From contig CAMMBX010000001.1 of assembly GCA_946494345.1 (NCBI GenBank), forward strand, positions 1 through 51,605: a stretch of 51,605 nt of DNA, in the 5' to 3' direction. Below the pieces are notes generated by a model that did no database searches, was not told the origin of the DNA, and was given only the letters and a program-made list of their open reading frames with translations. The stretch is from an uncultured Mycoplasmatota bacterium. Lineage in GTDB: Bacteria > Bacillota_I > Bacilli_A > RF39 > UBA660. How positions within the stretch are numbered: position 1 is the first letter of the stretch; the number at the start of each line of letters is the position of its first letter. Both the position numbers and the translations under genes were made by a program. Shown here one piece after another: positions 10,273-18,357 of this stretch.

Positions 10273-10452
10273 GAAATTTTTGAAGTGTTACAAATTGTAT
10301 TATGTAATCTTCCTGCTTTTGAAATTGTAGAAACATCAACTAGAGAAAAAAGACATAAAAAGAAGACATATTCCTTAGAACGCTCTACTGAAATAAAGTA
10401 CAATTTTTAATTTATACTACTATTGAAATGAATTACACTATGTGTGTGTATA

Positions 10453-10482
10453 GCTCAAGTTTTTAATGGCTTGAGTTTTTTT
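10453..10482 (+). terminator. Rho-independent terminator
   Basis: gctcaag / cttgagt stem with a 10-nt loop followed by T7. It lies ~180 nt after the stop of the 94-aa ORF. Confidence 0.7.
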
Positions 10483-10487
10483 GTATC

Positions 10488-10516
10488 TTGACTAAAACCT
10501 TTTATCTTCTTATACT
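10488..10516 (+). promoter_or_regulatory. Sigma-A-like promoter
   Basis: TTGACT (10488-10493), 17-nt spacer, TATACT (10511-10516). Confidence 0.5.
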
Positions 10517-10527
10517 TATTAGTAGAA

Positions 10528-11175
10528 TTGGAGGCTATGAATACTGTGGTTAAAGAGGATATTTTAAAGCAACATAAAGAGATTTTAATGACAGCAGGGG
10601 TTGAACTTGCTACTAATAATACTAATTCTTTAATAGAAGATGATATTATTAATGGAGTTATTGAAGTACCACTTGAAGCGATGGATACTGTTAAACAAAG
10701 AGTTCTTAATATCGCTAAACATAACAATTTAATCTTAAATAGTGATAAATTTAATGAAGTTTTAACTAATTATAAAGATGATTTAAAGAAAGAGTTTAGA
10801 AATATTTTTAAAAGACGGATAGATATAATTAAAGATAATTATTCTAAGATGGATGATGATAAGCCATTAGAGTTGGTTAAAAACTTAAAGAAAGAATTAG
10901 TTAAATTTAATAAAGATGCTAAAAAAGAAGAGAAGCAAGTTCTTACTAGTCTTGTTAAAGAGAAGCTTGTAGGTAATTTAGATTTGATAGTTAAAGATAG
11001 TAATCCTAACTTTAAAAAGGAGGCTATTAAGTTTTTACAAAACGCGTATGTAAAACAAATATTGGAAACTATAGATATGAAAATATTGGTAAAGGATACT
11101 ATACTTCTTAATAGTTTGAAAGAACAAATAGAAAGATTCGTTTTTACTATGGAAAATTCTCATTTATTTGATTAA
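10528..11175 (+). CDS. Hypothetical protein (215 aa, Lys/Glu-rich, probably helical)
   Basis: Long ORF downstream of its own promoter. The start is uncertain: TTG 10528, ATG 10537 (only 2 nt after GGAGG), or GTG 10546 (11 nt after GGAGG). Confidence 0.55.
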   Translation: MEAMNTVVKEDILKQHKEILMTAGVELATNNTNSLIEDDIINGVIEVPLEAMDTVKQRVLNIAKHNNLILNSDKFNEVLTNYKDDLKKEFRNIFKRRIDIIKDNYSKMDDDKPLELVKNLKKELVKFNKDAKKEEKQVLTSLVKEKLVGNLDLIVKDSNPNFKKEAIKFLQNAYVKQILETIDMKILVKDTILLNSLKEQIERFVFTMENSHLFD

Positions 11176-11328
11176 ATGAGGATTTTTTTATGTTTCTTTT
11201 TTAATTGGAAATAATTACCAAGGAAAAAAACTACTTCTTACGTATATAATATCAATAGATAGCATAATTTTGATGGTATAAAATGGGCAGATATTGGAAC
11301 AATAACTACTGTAAAGGAAGGAGCATAT

Positions 11329-11868
11329 ATGAAAACAACAGGTGTAGTAAGAAGAGTTGATGATTTAGGAAGAATAGTTATTCCTAAAGATATAAGAAAA
11401 TCTCTTAGAATTAGAGATGGTGAATCTTTGGAGTTTTTTGTAGATAAAGAAACAATAAGCTTAAAAAAGTTTTCTACAAGTGCAGATTTAAGTGAAATGG
11501 CACAGTCTTTACTTGATACTATTTATATGACTATTAGTAAAAGCATGTTTGTTACTGATAGAGATAGGGTAGTAGCAGGTAGTGGAAAATTAAAAAAAGA
11601 ATTTTATGGATTTAATATTTCTACAAGATTAGAAGAATATTTATTTCAAACGGAAAACTTAGTGAAAGGAACAAGCTTAATAGAGGAACTTGTAGATAGC
11701 AAGAATAAGGGGATAGAATATAAATATATTCTTAGCCCAATTTTATCAGACGGTGAGACTATAGGTCTAGTTTTAATGATTATTGAAGATAGTAAAAGCT
11801 TTACTGAAGAAGATGAGCATATAATTCAGATAATTGCTAATTTTCTTTCAAAATATCTTGAAGATTAA
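11329..11868 (+). CDS. spoVT: Stage V sporulation protein T (AbrB-family regulator)
   Basis: MKTTGVVRRVDDLGRIVIPKDIRKSLRIRDGESLEFF matches the B. subtilis SpoVT N-terminus. Total length 179 aa, with a GAF-like C-terminal half. Confidence 0.9.
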   Translation: MKTTGVVRRVDDLGRIVIPKDIRKSLRIRDGESLEFFVDKETISLKKFSTSADLSEMAQSLLDTIYMTISKSMFVTDRDRVVAGSGKLKKEFYGFNISTRLEEYLFQTENLVKGTSLIEELVDSKNKGIEYKYILSPILSDGETIGLVLMIIEDSKSFTEEDEHIIQIIANFLSKYLED

Positions 11869-11899
11869 TTATTGTTGTGCTAAACTAGCTTTGTTAAAA

Positions 11900-12098
11900 G
11901 TTTTGATGAAGAGTTTTATAGTTATTTAGTTATAGAGAGTTCTTGGTTGGTGAAAAAGAAACAAATAATTTCTATAAGATATGGCTTCTGAACTTTCATA
12001 TTGATATGTAAGTATGAACGTGCTAAGCGTTAATTAGAATAAGTGTACAAGATTTATTGTAAAGAAAGGTGGTACCACGGAATTTTTCGTCCTTTTGA
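11900..12098 (+). promoter_or_regulatory. T-box leader (Met specifier) upstream of metG
   Basis: T-box core aaaGGTGGTACCAcGG at 12065-12080, AGAGAG at 11934-11939, GGTGAAA distal-loop-like motif at 11947-11954, candidate AUG specifier at 11981-11983 followed by a purine. I could not confidently resolve the terminator/antiterminator. Confidence 0.65.
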
Positions 12099-12133
12099 TA
12101 TAATAAATCTTTTTATTTTAAGGAGGGATATTA

Positions 12134-13672
12134 ATGGACAAATATTATATTACAACTGCTATAAGTTATACATCAGGTAAGCCTCACATAGGTAATACTT
12201 ATGAAGTTGTGTTAGCGGATGCTATTGCAAGGTATAAAAGAAGTAAAGGCTTTGATGTTTATTTTCAAACTGGTACTGATGAACATGGTTTAAAAATTGA
12301 GAGAAAAGCTAAGGAAGCAGGAGTTGAACCACAAGAGTTTGTTGATTCTGTTGCTACTGAGATTAAAAGAATTTGGGATTTAATGGATACTAGTTATGAT
12401 AAATTTGTTAGAACAACTGATAAACATCATGAAGAGATTGTACAAAAAATATTTAATAAGTTGTATGAACAAGGAGATATTTATAAAGGGGAGTATGAAG
12501 GATGGTACTGTACTCCATGTGAATCTTTTTTTACTGATAGTCAATTAGTAGATGGTAAATGTCCTGATTGTGGTAGAGAAGTTGAAAAACAAAAAGAAGA
12601 AGCTTATTTTTTTAGAATGAGTAAATATCAAGATGGATTATTAAAATATATTGAAGAACATGATGATTTTATAGAGCCAGAGTCTCGCAGAAATGAAATG
12701 ATTAATAATTTTTTAAAACCTGGATTACAAGATTTATGTGTTACTAGAACTTCTTTTAAATGGAGTATTCCTGTTACTTTTGACCCTAAACATGTTATTT
12801 ATGTATGGATAGATGCTTTAACAAATTATATTACTTTTATAGGATATGATCCTGATGGTAGTAGTGATTTATTTAAAAAACTTTGGCCTGCTGACTTGCA
12901 TTTAATAGGTAAAGATATCCTTCGTTTTCATACAATCTATTGGCCTATTATCTTAATGGCTTTAGACTTACCTTTACCTAAGAAAATATTTGGTCATCCT
13001 TGGTTACTTACTGATAATGATAAGATGAGTAAAAGTAAAGGTAATGTTATTTATGCTGATGATTTAGTAAACTTATTTGGAGTAGATGCTGTTAGATATT
13101 ATTTACTTAAAGAGATTCCATATGCAAACGATGGTAATATAAGTTATGATTTACTTATTGATGTAATTAATAGTGATCTTGCTAATACTTTAGGTAATTT
13201 AGTTCAAAGAACAATTAGTATGGTTAATAAATATTTTGATGGTGTTGTTAGTAATAAAAAAAATTATGAAGATATTGATAAGGAGTTTATTTCTAAGATA
13301 AATGGTTTAGATAAAAAAATAGAAAAATCTATGGATGATTTATATGTAGCAGAATCTATTAATCATATTATGGACTTGTTACGTTCTAGTAATAAATATA
13401 TAGATGATACTACTCCTTGGATTCTTGCAAAAGATGAATCAAAGAAAGATAGGTTAGAGACAGTTTTATATAATTTACTTGAATCTATTAGAGTTGCTGC
13501 TATTAATCTTTCTTTTGCTATACCATCTACATCTAAAGAAATATTGAAACAGATTAATAATGATAAAGATGCTAATACTTATTTAAGTGATAATAAATAT
13601 AGTGTTAATACTCCTAAACCATTATTTGAACGAATAGATAAGAAAAAGTTTTTGGATGAACATAATTTGTAA
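12134..13672 (+). CDS. metG: Methionine--tRNA ligase (short form, no C-terminal tRNA-binding domain)
   Basis: HIGH motif PHIGNTYE, KMSKS motif DKMSKSKGN, zinc knuckles CTPCE / CPDCG. Confidence 0.95.
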   Translation: MDKYYITTAISYTSGKPHIGNTYEVVLADAIARYKRSKGFDVYFQTGTDEHGLKIERKAKEAGVEPQEFVDSVATEIKRIWDLMDTSYDKFVRTTDKHHEEIVQKIFNKLYEQGDIYKGEYEGWYCTPCESFFTDSQLVDGKCPDCGREVEKQKEEAYFFRMSKYQDGLLKYIEEHDDFIEPESRRNEMINNFLKPGLQDLCVTRTSFKWSIPVTFDPKHVIYVWIDALTNYITFIGYDPDGSSDLFKKLWPADLHLIGKDILRFHTIYWPIILMALDLPLPKKIFGHPWLLTDNDKMSKSKGNVIYADDLVNLFGVDAVRYYLLKEIPYANDGNISYDLLIDVINSDLANTLGNLVQRTISMVNKYFDGVVSNKKNYEDIDKEFISKINGLDKKIEKSMDDLYVAESINHIMDLLRSSNKYIDDTTPWILAKDESKKDRLETVLYNLLESIRVAAINLSFAIPSTSKEILKQINNDKDANTYLSDNKYSVNTPKPLFERIDKKKFLDEHNL

Positions 13673-13695
13673 AATATAATGTAAATAATAAAATA

Positions 13696-13729
13696 AATGA
13701 GATGGTTTTGTAAATTATCTCATTTTTTG
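13696..13729 (+). terminator. Rho-independent terminator of metG
   Basis: aatgagat / atctcatt stem followed by a T-run. Confidence 0.75.
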
Positions 13730-13796
13730 TGTTATAGTTGAAGGGTAGTGTTTGAAGTAACAAGTAGTATTTGAGTCGTAAGAAAGGATAAAGTTT

Positions 13797-13970
13797 ATGA
13801 CTAAAAGACGAAAGTTAGAAATTGAAACAGTAATATTTGTAATACTGTATGTAGTATTAGTATTTATGGTTGTTTTTGGGCATAATTTATTAGATATTGT
13901 TTATTTAGTAATATTAACTTTTTATTTAATAAGATTGTTTTTATGTCGAAGGAGAAAATCTAATAAATAG
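13797..13970 (+). CDS. Small membrane protein (57 aa), not in the ORF track
   Basis: ATG 13797 with AGAAAGGA 8 nt upstream. MTKRRKLEIETVIFVILYVVLVFMVVFGHNLLDIVYLVILTFYLIRLFLCRRRKSNK: two hydrophobic helices with basic ends. Confidence 0.4.
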   Translation: MTKRRKLEIETVIFVILYVVLVFMVVFGHNLLDIVYLVILTFYLIRLFLCRRRKSNK

Positions 13971-14025
13971 TTTAATGGACTGTTTATTAGATTTTTTTGA
14001 TATAATTGTTGAGGAGGTTATTGAT

Positions 14026-14781
14026 ATGTTAATAGATACACATTGTCATTTAAGTAAAGAAGATTATGATAATATAGATGAAGTAATTGATAATAATAAG
14101 AAAGCTTTAGTTAATAAAATAGTTGTTTCTGGTTGTAGTAAAGAAAGTATTAAAGAAGTGATGGTGTTAAAAGATAAATATGATATGGTTTATGTAACTT
14201 TAGGCTTTCATCCAGAGTATGCTGATATTATTACTGTTAACGATTTGAATTATTTGCGGAATTTATTAAAAGAGAAAAAGGTAGTTGGTATTGGGGAGAT
14301 AGGACTTGATTATCATTATACTAAAGAAAATAAAGATAAGCAGTTGTGGTTGTTTGAAGAACAATTAAAAATAGCATACGATTATAATTTGCCTGTTGTA
14401 ATACATTCTAGGGATGCTACTATGGACACTATTAATATATTAAAAAAGTATAAGGTAAGAGGGATAATTCATTGTTTTAGTGGAAGTTTAGAAACAGCTA
14501 ATATTTATATAGGAATGGGCTTTTTATTAGGAATTGGTGGGGTTGTAACTTTTAAAAATTCTAAATTAAAAGATGTGGTTAAAAATATATCTTTAAATAA
14601 TATAGTTTTAGAAACTGATAGTCCTTATCTTACTCCTGAACCTTTTAGGGGTAAAGTTAATTCTTCTAAGTATTTAGTATATATTGCTAAGTTCATTGCT
14701 GATTTAAAAAATATAAGTGTAGAAGAAATAGAAAAAATTACCAGTAATAATGCTTCTTGTTTGTTTGACTTTAATAAGTAA
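14026..14781 (+). CDS. tatD: TatD-family metal-dependent deoxyribonuclease/hydrolase
   Basis: IDTHCHL, GEIGLDYH, VIHSRDA, HCFSG, ETDSPYL motifs. The track ORF opens at 13975, but GAGGAGG (14011-14017) precedes ATG 14026 (MLIDTHCHL). Confidence 0.9.
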   Translation: MLIDTHCHLSKEDYDNIDEVIDNNKKALVNKIVVSGCSKESIKEVMVLKDKYDMVYVTLGFHPEYADIITVNDLNYLRNLLKEKKVVGIGEIGLDYHYTKENKDKQLWLFEEQLKIAYDYNLPVVIHSRDATMDTINILKKYKVRGIIHCFSGSLETANIYIGMGFLLGIGGVVTFKNSKLKDVVKNISLNNIVLETDSPYLTPEPFRGKVNSSKYLVYIAKFIADLKNISVEEIEKITSNNASCLFDFNK

Positions 14782-14821
14782 TAATGCTAGTATTAATATA
14801 AGTAGAAAATGAGGTATTATA

Positions 14822-15409
14822 ATGGGAAAGAAATTTTTAGGATATTTTGGATTAGTAGGTATTATTTTTACTTTAAGTTTTATTGTTTTGTCAGGTAATA
14901 GTAAAACAGTTGTTAGTACTTCTAATATTAATAGTGTTAAGAGTTTACAAGCCGTTCATATTGTTAATAAATATAATTCTATTAAAGAAGCAGAGAAAGC
15001 AAAAGAACCTACCCTTTATAATAGTTTTGCTGAAGCACTAAGTGTTGCTAGTACTAGTCCTGTTGCTTTTATGGGTACGCTTACTGCTTATGGTCCTGAT
15101 TGTCCTGGCTGTTCTGGAAATAGTGCTTGTCCACCAAGACAGAATTTTAAAAACGGTAATATTTATTTTGAAGATCAAGTTTATGGAACAGTTAGAGTAG
15201 TTGCTGCTGATAGGTCTATCCCATGTGGTAGTATTGTTAGAATAAGTGGTATTAATATTTATAGTGAACCTATTCTTGCTATTGTTATGGATAGAGGAGG
15301 GGCAGTTACTGGTAATCATATGGATTTATTGTTTACAAGTCAATCTAATTTAGAAGGCTTTGCTACTAGTCACAATATTAAGTTTGAAATTATCAGGTAT
15401 GGATGGTAA
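14822..15409 (+). CDS. 3D-domain (MltA/RlpA-like) cell-wall protein, YabE-like
   Basis: N-terminal membrane anchor. C-terminal 3D domain: LTAYGPDCPGCSG ... VVAADRSIPCGSIVRI ... IVMDRGGAVTGNHMDLLF. Position after tatD as Bacillus yabE. Confidence 0.8.
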   Translation: MGKKFLGYFGLVGIIFTLSFIVLSGNSKTVVSTSNINSVKSLQAVHIVNKYNSIKEAEKAKEPTLYNSFAEALSVASTSPVAFMGTLTAYGPDCPGCSGNSACPPRQNFKNGNIYFEDQVYGTVRVVAADRSIPCGSIVRISGINIYSEPILAIVMDRGGAVTGNHMDLLFTSQSNLEGFATSHNIKFEIIRYGW

Positions 15410-15410
15410 T

Positions 15411-15447
15411 AAAGTGTCTAATCTTTGGCACTTTTTTCTTTTTTTTT
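15411..15447 (+). terminator. Rho-independent terminator (copy A of a repeated terminator)
   Basis: agtgtc / ggcact stem with loop taatcttt, then TTTTTTCTTTTTTTTT. Matches the terminator at 16180-16212 at 32 of 33 positions. Confidence 0.7.
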
Positions 15448-15456
15448 AAAAAATAG

Positions 15457-15486
15457 TTGCTTTCATAATTAGAACTATGCTATAGT
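15457..15486 (+). promoter_or_regulatory. Sigma-A-like promoter with extended -10 (paralog 1)
   Basis: TTGCTT (15457-15462), 18-nt spacer, TGcTATAGT (hexamer 15481-15486). SD AAGGAGG at 15495-15501. Confidence 0.55.
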
Positions 15487-15512
15487 TATTGTAGAAGGAG
15501 GTTAGATACAAG

Positions 15513-16163
15513 ATGAAGGATAATAATTCTAAACAAGTATTATTATCAGTGCTAGGAGTAGCAATTTTAGTTGTGGCTGTAGTTGGAGTTTCATTTGCAG
15601 CATTCACTTTTAGTCAACCAGGAGAAAAAGTAAACCAAATTACTACTGGTACTATTAACATGAGTTATAGTGAACCAGAAAATGGTATTACTTTAACTGA
15701 TGCAATGCCAATGGAAGATGTTACTGGTAAAGCTTTATCTGATGATAATGAAACTTTTGACTTTACTGTAAGTGCTACTATTAAGGGTTCAGGTACAACT
15801 ACAATTAACTATGCTATTACTGCTGTAACTGAGCCAGCTCAAGTTTTAACTGATGAGTATGTTAAAGTTTACTTAACTGACATGGGAGCTAGTGATACTG
15901 CTATTACTGGTTATGAAACACCTAAGAAAGTTAGTACATTAGAGAAGACTGGTGCTAGTGAAGCAAGCGGTGCTCCACAAGGTCAATATGTATTAGAGCG
16001 TGGTACATTTACTGCAAATGCTACAAATCAATATCGTTTAAGAATGTGGGTTTCTTCTGATTATCCAATTGATCAACAAAATGTTAATTCTGGTAGCGGT
16101 GCTCCAGGTGCTCAAACATATAAATTGAGAGTAAATGTATACGGTCAAGCAGCTGCTCAATAG
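15513..16163 (+). CDS. TasA/camelysin-like secreted fibre subunit, paralog 1 (SipW-type signal peptide)
   Basis: Signal region ..VVGVSFA|AFTFS parallels TasA ..GGGTWA|AFND and CalY ..GGGTFA|YFSD. TTGTINMSYSE parallels (A/S)GTLDL. C-terminal YRLRMWV ... YKLRVNVYG strands. 216 aa, Ala/Gly/Thr-rich, strong SD. Confidence 0.65.
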   Translation: MKDNNSKQVLLSVLGVAILVVAVVGVSFAAFTFSQPGEKVNQITTGTINMSYSEPENGITLTDAMPMEDVTGKALSDDNETFDFTVSATIKGSGTTTINYAITAVTEPAQVLTDEYVKVYLTDMGASDTAITGYETPKKVSTLEKTGASEASGAPQGQYVLERGTFTANATNQYRLRMWVSSDYPIDQQNVNSGSGAPGAQTYKLRVNVYGQAAAQ

Positions 16164-16179
16164 TAGTATGTATGCTTAA

Positions 16180-16216
16180 AAAGTGTCTAATCTCTGGCAC
16201 TTTTTTCTTTTTCTTT
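16180..16216 (+). terminator. Rho-independent terminator (copy B)
   Basis: aaagtgtctaatctctggcacttttttcttttt. Same hairpin as 15411-15443, with the single difference in the loop. Confidence 0.7.
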
Positions 16217-16224
16217 AATTTTGA

Positions 16225-16254
16225 TTGATTTTAACCTTTTTTATGTGATATATT
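16225..16254 (+). promoter_or_regulatory. Sigma-A-like promoter with extended -10 (paralog 2)
   Basis: TTGATT (16225-16230), 18-nt spacer, TGaTATATT (hexamer 16249-16254). SD AGGAGG just upstream of ATG 16280. Confidence 0.5.
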
Positions 16255-16279
16255 GGTTTTAGTATAATAGGAGGTTAAA

Positions 16280-16891
16280 ATGGAAAACAATAGTTCTAAA
16301 GAAGTATTATTATCTATACTTGGAGTAGTTGTGTTGGTAATAGTGGTTATAGGTGTATCTTTTGCAGTGTTTTCATATAGTGAGACTGGCACTACAACTA
16401 ATACTGTTACTACGGGTACTATTACAATGGGTTATAGTGAACCTACTAATGGTATTAATTTAGTAGATGCTTTACCTATAACTGATGAACAAGGAGAAAG
16501 TTTAACTGGTAATAATAATGTTTTTGATTTTACTGTAGATGCTACTATTAATGGTTCGGGGGAAACAACTATTAATTATGCTATTACGGCAATTAAAGAA
16601 AGTACTAATGTTCCAGATTCTGCTATAAAATTATATTTGACAAATATGGATGGTAATGCTGATAGTGAAATTTTGCCACCTACGAAAATTTCTGATTTGC
16701 CTACTACTAGCGGTTCTGAATTATCACTTGCTCCTAGTGGTGAGTTAAAACTTTTAACTGGAACATTTACTAGTTCAGATTCTCATAAATATCGTTTAAG
16801 AATGTGGGTAGCTGATGATTATACAGGATTAGATAATGGTGGTACCTATTCTTTAAAAGTAAATGTTTATGGTGCAGCTCCTGCTCAATAA
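16280..16891 (+). CDS. TasA/camelysin-like secreted fibre subunit, paralog 2
   Basis: ..VIGVSFA|VFSYS, TTGTITMGYSE, FDFTVDA, INYAITA, KYRLRMWVADDY, SLKVNVYGAAPAQ. Clear paralog of 15513-16163. Confidence 0.65.
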   Translation: MENNSSKEVLLSILGVVVLVIVVIGVSFAVFSYSETGTTTNTVTTGTITMGYSEPTNGINLVDALPITDEQGESLTGNNNVFDFTVDATINGSGETTINYAITAIKESTNVPDSAIKLYLTNMDGNADSEILPPTKISDLPTTSGSELSLAPSGELKLLTGTFTSSDSHKYRLRMWVADDYTGLDNGGTYSLKVNVYGAAPAQ

Positions 16892-16894
16892 TAT

Positions 16895-16921
16895 GTGTCT
16901 ATAAGACACTTTTTCTTTTTT
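16895..16921 (+). terminator. Rho-independent terminator (degenerate family member)
   Basis: gtgtct / agacac 6-bp stem with a 3-nt loop, then TTTTTCTTTTTT. Confidence 0.5.
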
Positions 16922-16935
16922 AAAATTTATCTTTC

Positions 16936-16964
16936 TTGCTTATATTATATATTTATGTTATATT
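16936..16964 (+). promoter_or_regulatory. Sigma-A-like promoter with extended -10 (paralog 3)
   Basis: TTGCTT (16936-16941), 17-nt spacer, TGtTATATT (hexamer 16959-16964). Confidence 0.5.
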
Positions 16965-16991
16965 TTTATTATAGATAAGGAGATATTTATT

Positions 16992-17597
16992 ATGAGTGAA
17001 GAAAAGAATAAATCTAGATCTTTATTATTGATGATTATAGGTATTATTTTATTATTAATTGCGGTTTTTGCAGTAAGTTATGCGGCATTTTATTATTCTA
17101 AAGTAGGAGATAAAATAAATAGAGTTTCTACGGGTACTATTACAATGAGTTATAGTGAGAATACTAATGGAATTAGTTTAGTTAATGTTTCACCAATGAC
17201 TGATGAAGTAGGCATGTCTTTAAATGATGCAAATCAATATTTTGATTTTACTGTTAGTGCCTCTATGAGTGGTTCTACAACCGTTGACTATGTCATTGCG
17301 GCTTCTAAAGATAATAATACAACTTTAGATGATTCTTTTGTTAAAGTTTATCTTACTAGTATAGATAATGGTAATGAGACAGAAGTATTAGCACCTACAA
17401 AAATTTCTAGTTTACAATCTTCTAATAATATTTCTTATGTTCCTGATAACCAATATGTGCTTTTAGATAGTAAATTTAATGAGACTGATTCTCGTAATTA
17501 TCGTTTAAGAATGTGGGTAGCTGATGATTTTGATCTTTCTAGTGTAAGTTATAGATATACATTAAGAGTAAATGTATATGGTAATGTAAGTGTTTAA
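16992..17597 (+). CDS. TasA/camelysin-like secreted fibre subunit, paralog 3
   Basis: ..VFAVSYA|AFYYS, STGTITMSYSE, FDFTVSA, NYRLRMWVADDF, TLRVNVYG. Confidence 0.65.
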   Translation: MSEEKNKSRSLLLMIIGIILLLIAVFAVSYAAFYYSKVGDKINRVSTGTITMSYSENTNGISLVNVSPMTDEVGMSLNDANQYFDFTVSASMSGSTTVDYVIAASKDNNTTLDDSFVKVYLTSIDNGNETEVLAPTKISSLQSSNNISYVPDNQYVLLDSKFNETDSRNYRLRMWVADDFDLSSVSYRYTLRVNVYGNVSV

Positions 17598-17626
17598 GTG
17601 TGAGTTTTCTCTACACTTTTTCTTTA
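17597..17626 (+). terminator. Probable weak terminator (degenerate family member)
   Basis: agtgt / acact stem followed by TTTTTCTTT. It overlaps the next promoter's -35. Confidence 0.4.
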
Positions 17627-17651
17627 CCTTGAAAAGTTAGTGTGATACAAT
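17623..17651 (+). promoter_or_regulatory. Sigma-A-like promoter with extended -10 (paralog 4)
   Basis: TTTACC (17623-17628), 17-nt spacer, TGaTACAAT (hexamer 17646-17651). Confidence 0.45.
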
Positions 17652-17676
17652 TATCTTATGATAGAGGGTGTTAATT

Positions 17677-18312
17677 ATGGATAATCAAAATTATAGTGAA
17701 GAAACATTAAAGAAAGAGCGTAATAATAAAATTTTCGTTATTGCTATTGCACTTTTAATATTTATTGTTATGGTTATTGGTGTTTCTATGGCTGCTTTTA
17801 CTTATACTAAAGAGGATAATAATGTAAATACTATAAGTACTGGTAATATTTATTTGAACTATACTGAAGGAGTAAATGGTATTAATATTACTAATGCTTA
17901 TCCAATGACTGATGATGTAGGAAAAACTTTAACTAATGAGGATCAATACTTTGATTTTTCTATTGATTCTGTCATAAGTGGTGATGTTGTCGCTAGCTAT
18001 GAAATTTCAGCAGAAAAGGAGAGTTCCTCTACTCTTAATAATGATGATGTTAAATTATATTTAGAAAAGCAAGTTGATAATTCTTATGAAGAAGTAATGG
18101 CTCCTAAAAATTTTACACCTCTTAAAGAAAGTACTGATTTAGGTACTATGGCTGGTACTATGTTACTTGATAGCGGTTCACTTTCTAAAAATACAACGGT
18201 TAATTATCGTTTAAGAATGTGGGTAGATGCTGATACAGTTATTGATAATTTAGAAAAAAGTTTTGGTGTTAGAGTATCAGTTAAAGCCAAAGTAGACTTA
18301 AAAGAAGATTAA
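17677..18312 (+). CDS. TasA/camelysin-like secreted fibre subunit, paralog 4 (most divergent of the four)
   Basis: ..VIGVSMA|AFTYT, STGNIYLNYTE, FDFSIDS, NYRLRMWVDAD, GVRVSVKAK. The track ORF opens at GTG 17668; ATG 17677 follows AGAGGG. Confidence 0.6.
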   Translation: MDNQNYSEETLKKERNNKIFVIAIALLIFIVMVIGVSMAAFTYTKEDNNVNTISTGNIYLNYTEGVNGINITNAYPMTDDVGKTLTNEDQYFDFSIDSVISGDVVASYEISAEKESSSTLNNDDVKLYLEKQVDNSYEEVMAPKNFTPLKESTDLGTMAGTMLLDSGSLSKNTTVNYRLRMWVDADTVIDNLEKSFGVRVSVKAKVDLKED

Positions 18313-18357
18313 TTTCTTTTTCGTGCTTTTTTCTTTTGACTATTATGGGAATATTAA

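Noticed and set aside
10146-10727. Minus-strand track ORFs 10146-10403 and 10455-10727
   Set aside because: They overlap + strand ORFs, a terminator and a promoter. They lack an SD, have odd Ser/Leu/Ile-rich composition, and oppose the uniform + orientation. They are likely shadow ORFs of AT-rich DNA.
15038-15319. Minus-strand ORF inside the 3D-domain gene
   Set aside because: It lies entirely antisense to a well-supported CDS and has a low-complexity Ser/Thr/Asn/Ile composition.
15513-18312. Interpreting the four N-terminally hydrophobic paralogs as type IV pilins or pseudopilins
   Set aside because: There is no G|F-T-L-I-E class III signal motif, and no prepilin peptidase, assembly ATPase or platform genes. 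The adjacent peptidase is SipW-type, and the cleavage context (SFA|AF) matches TasA/CalY instead.
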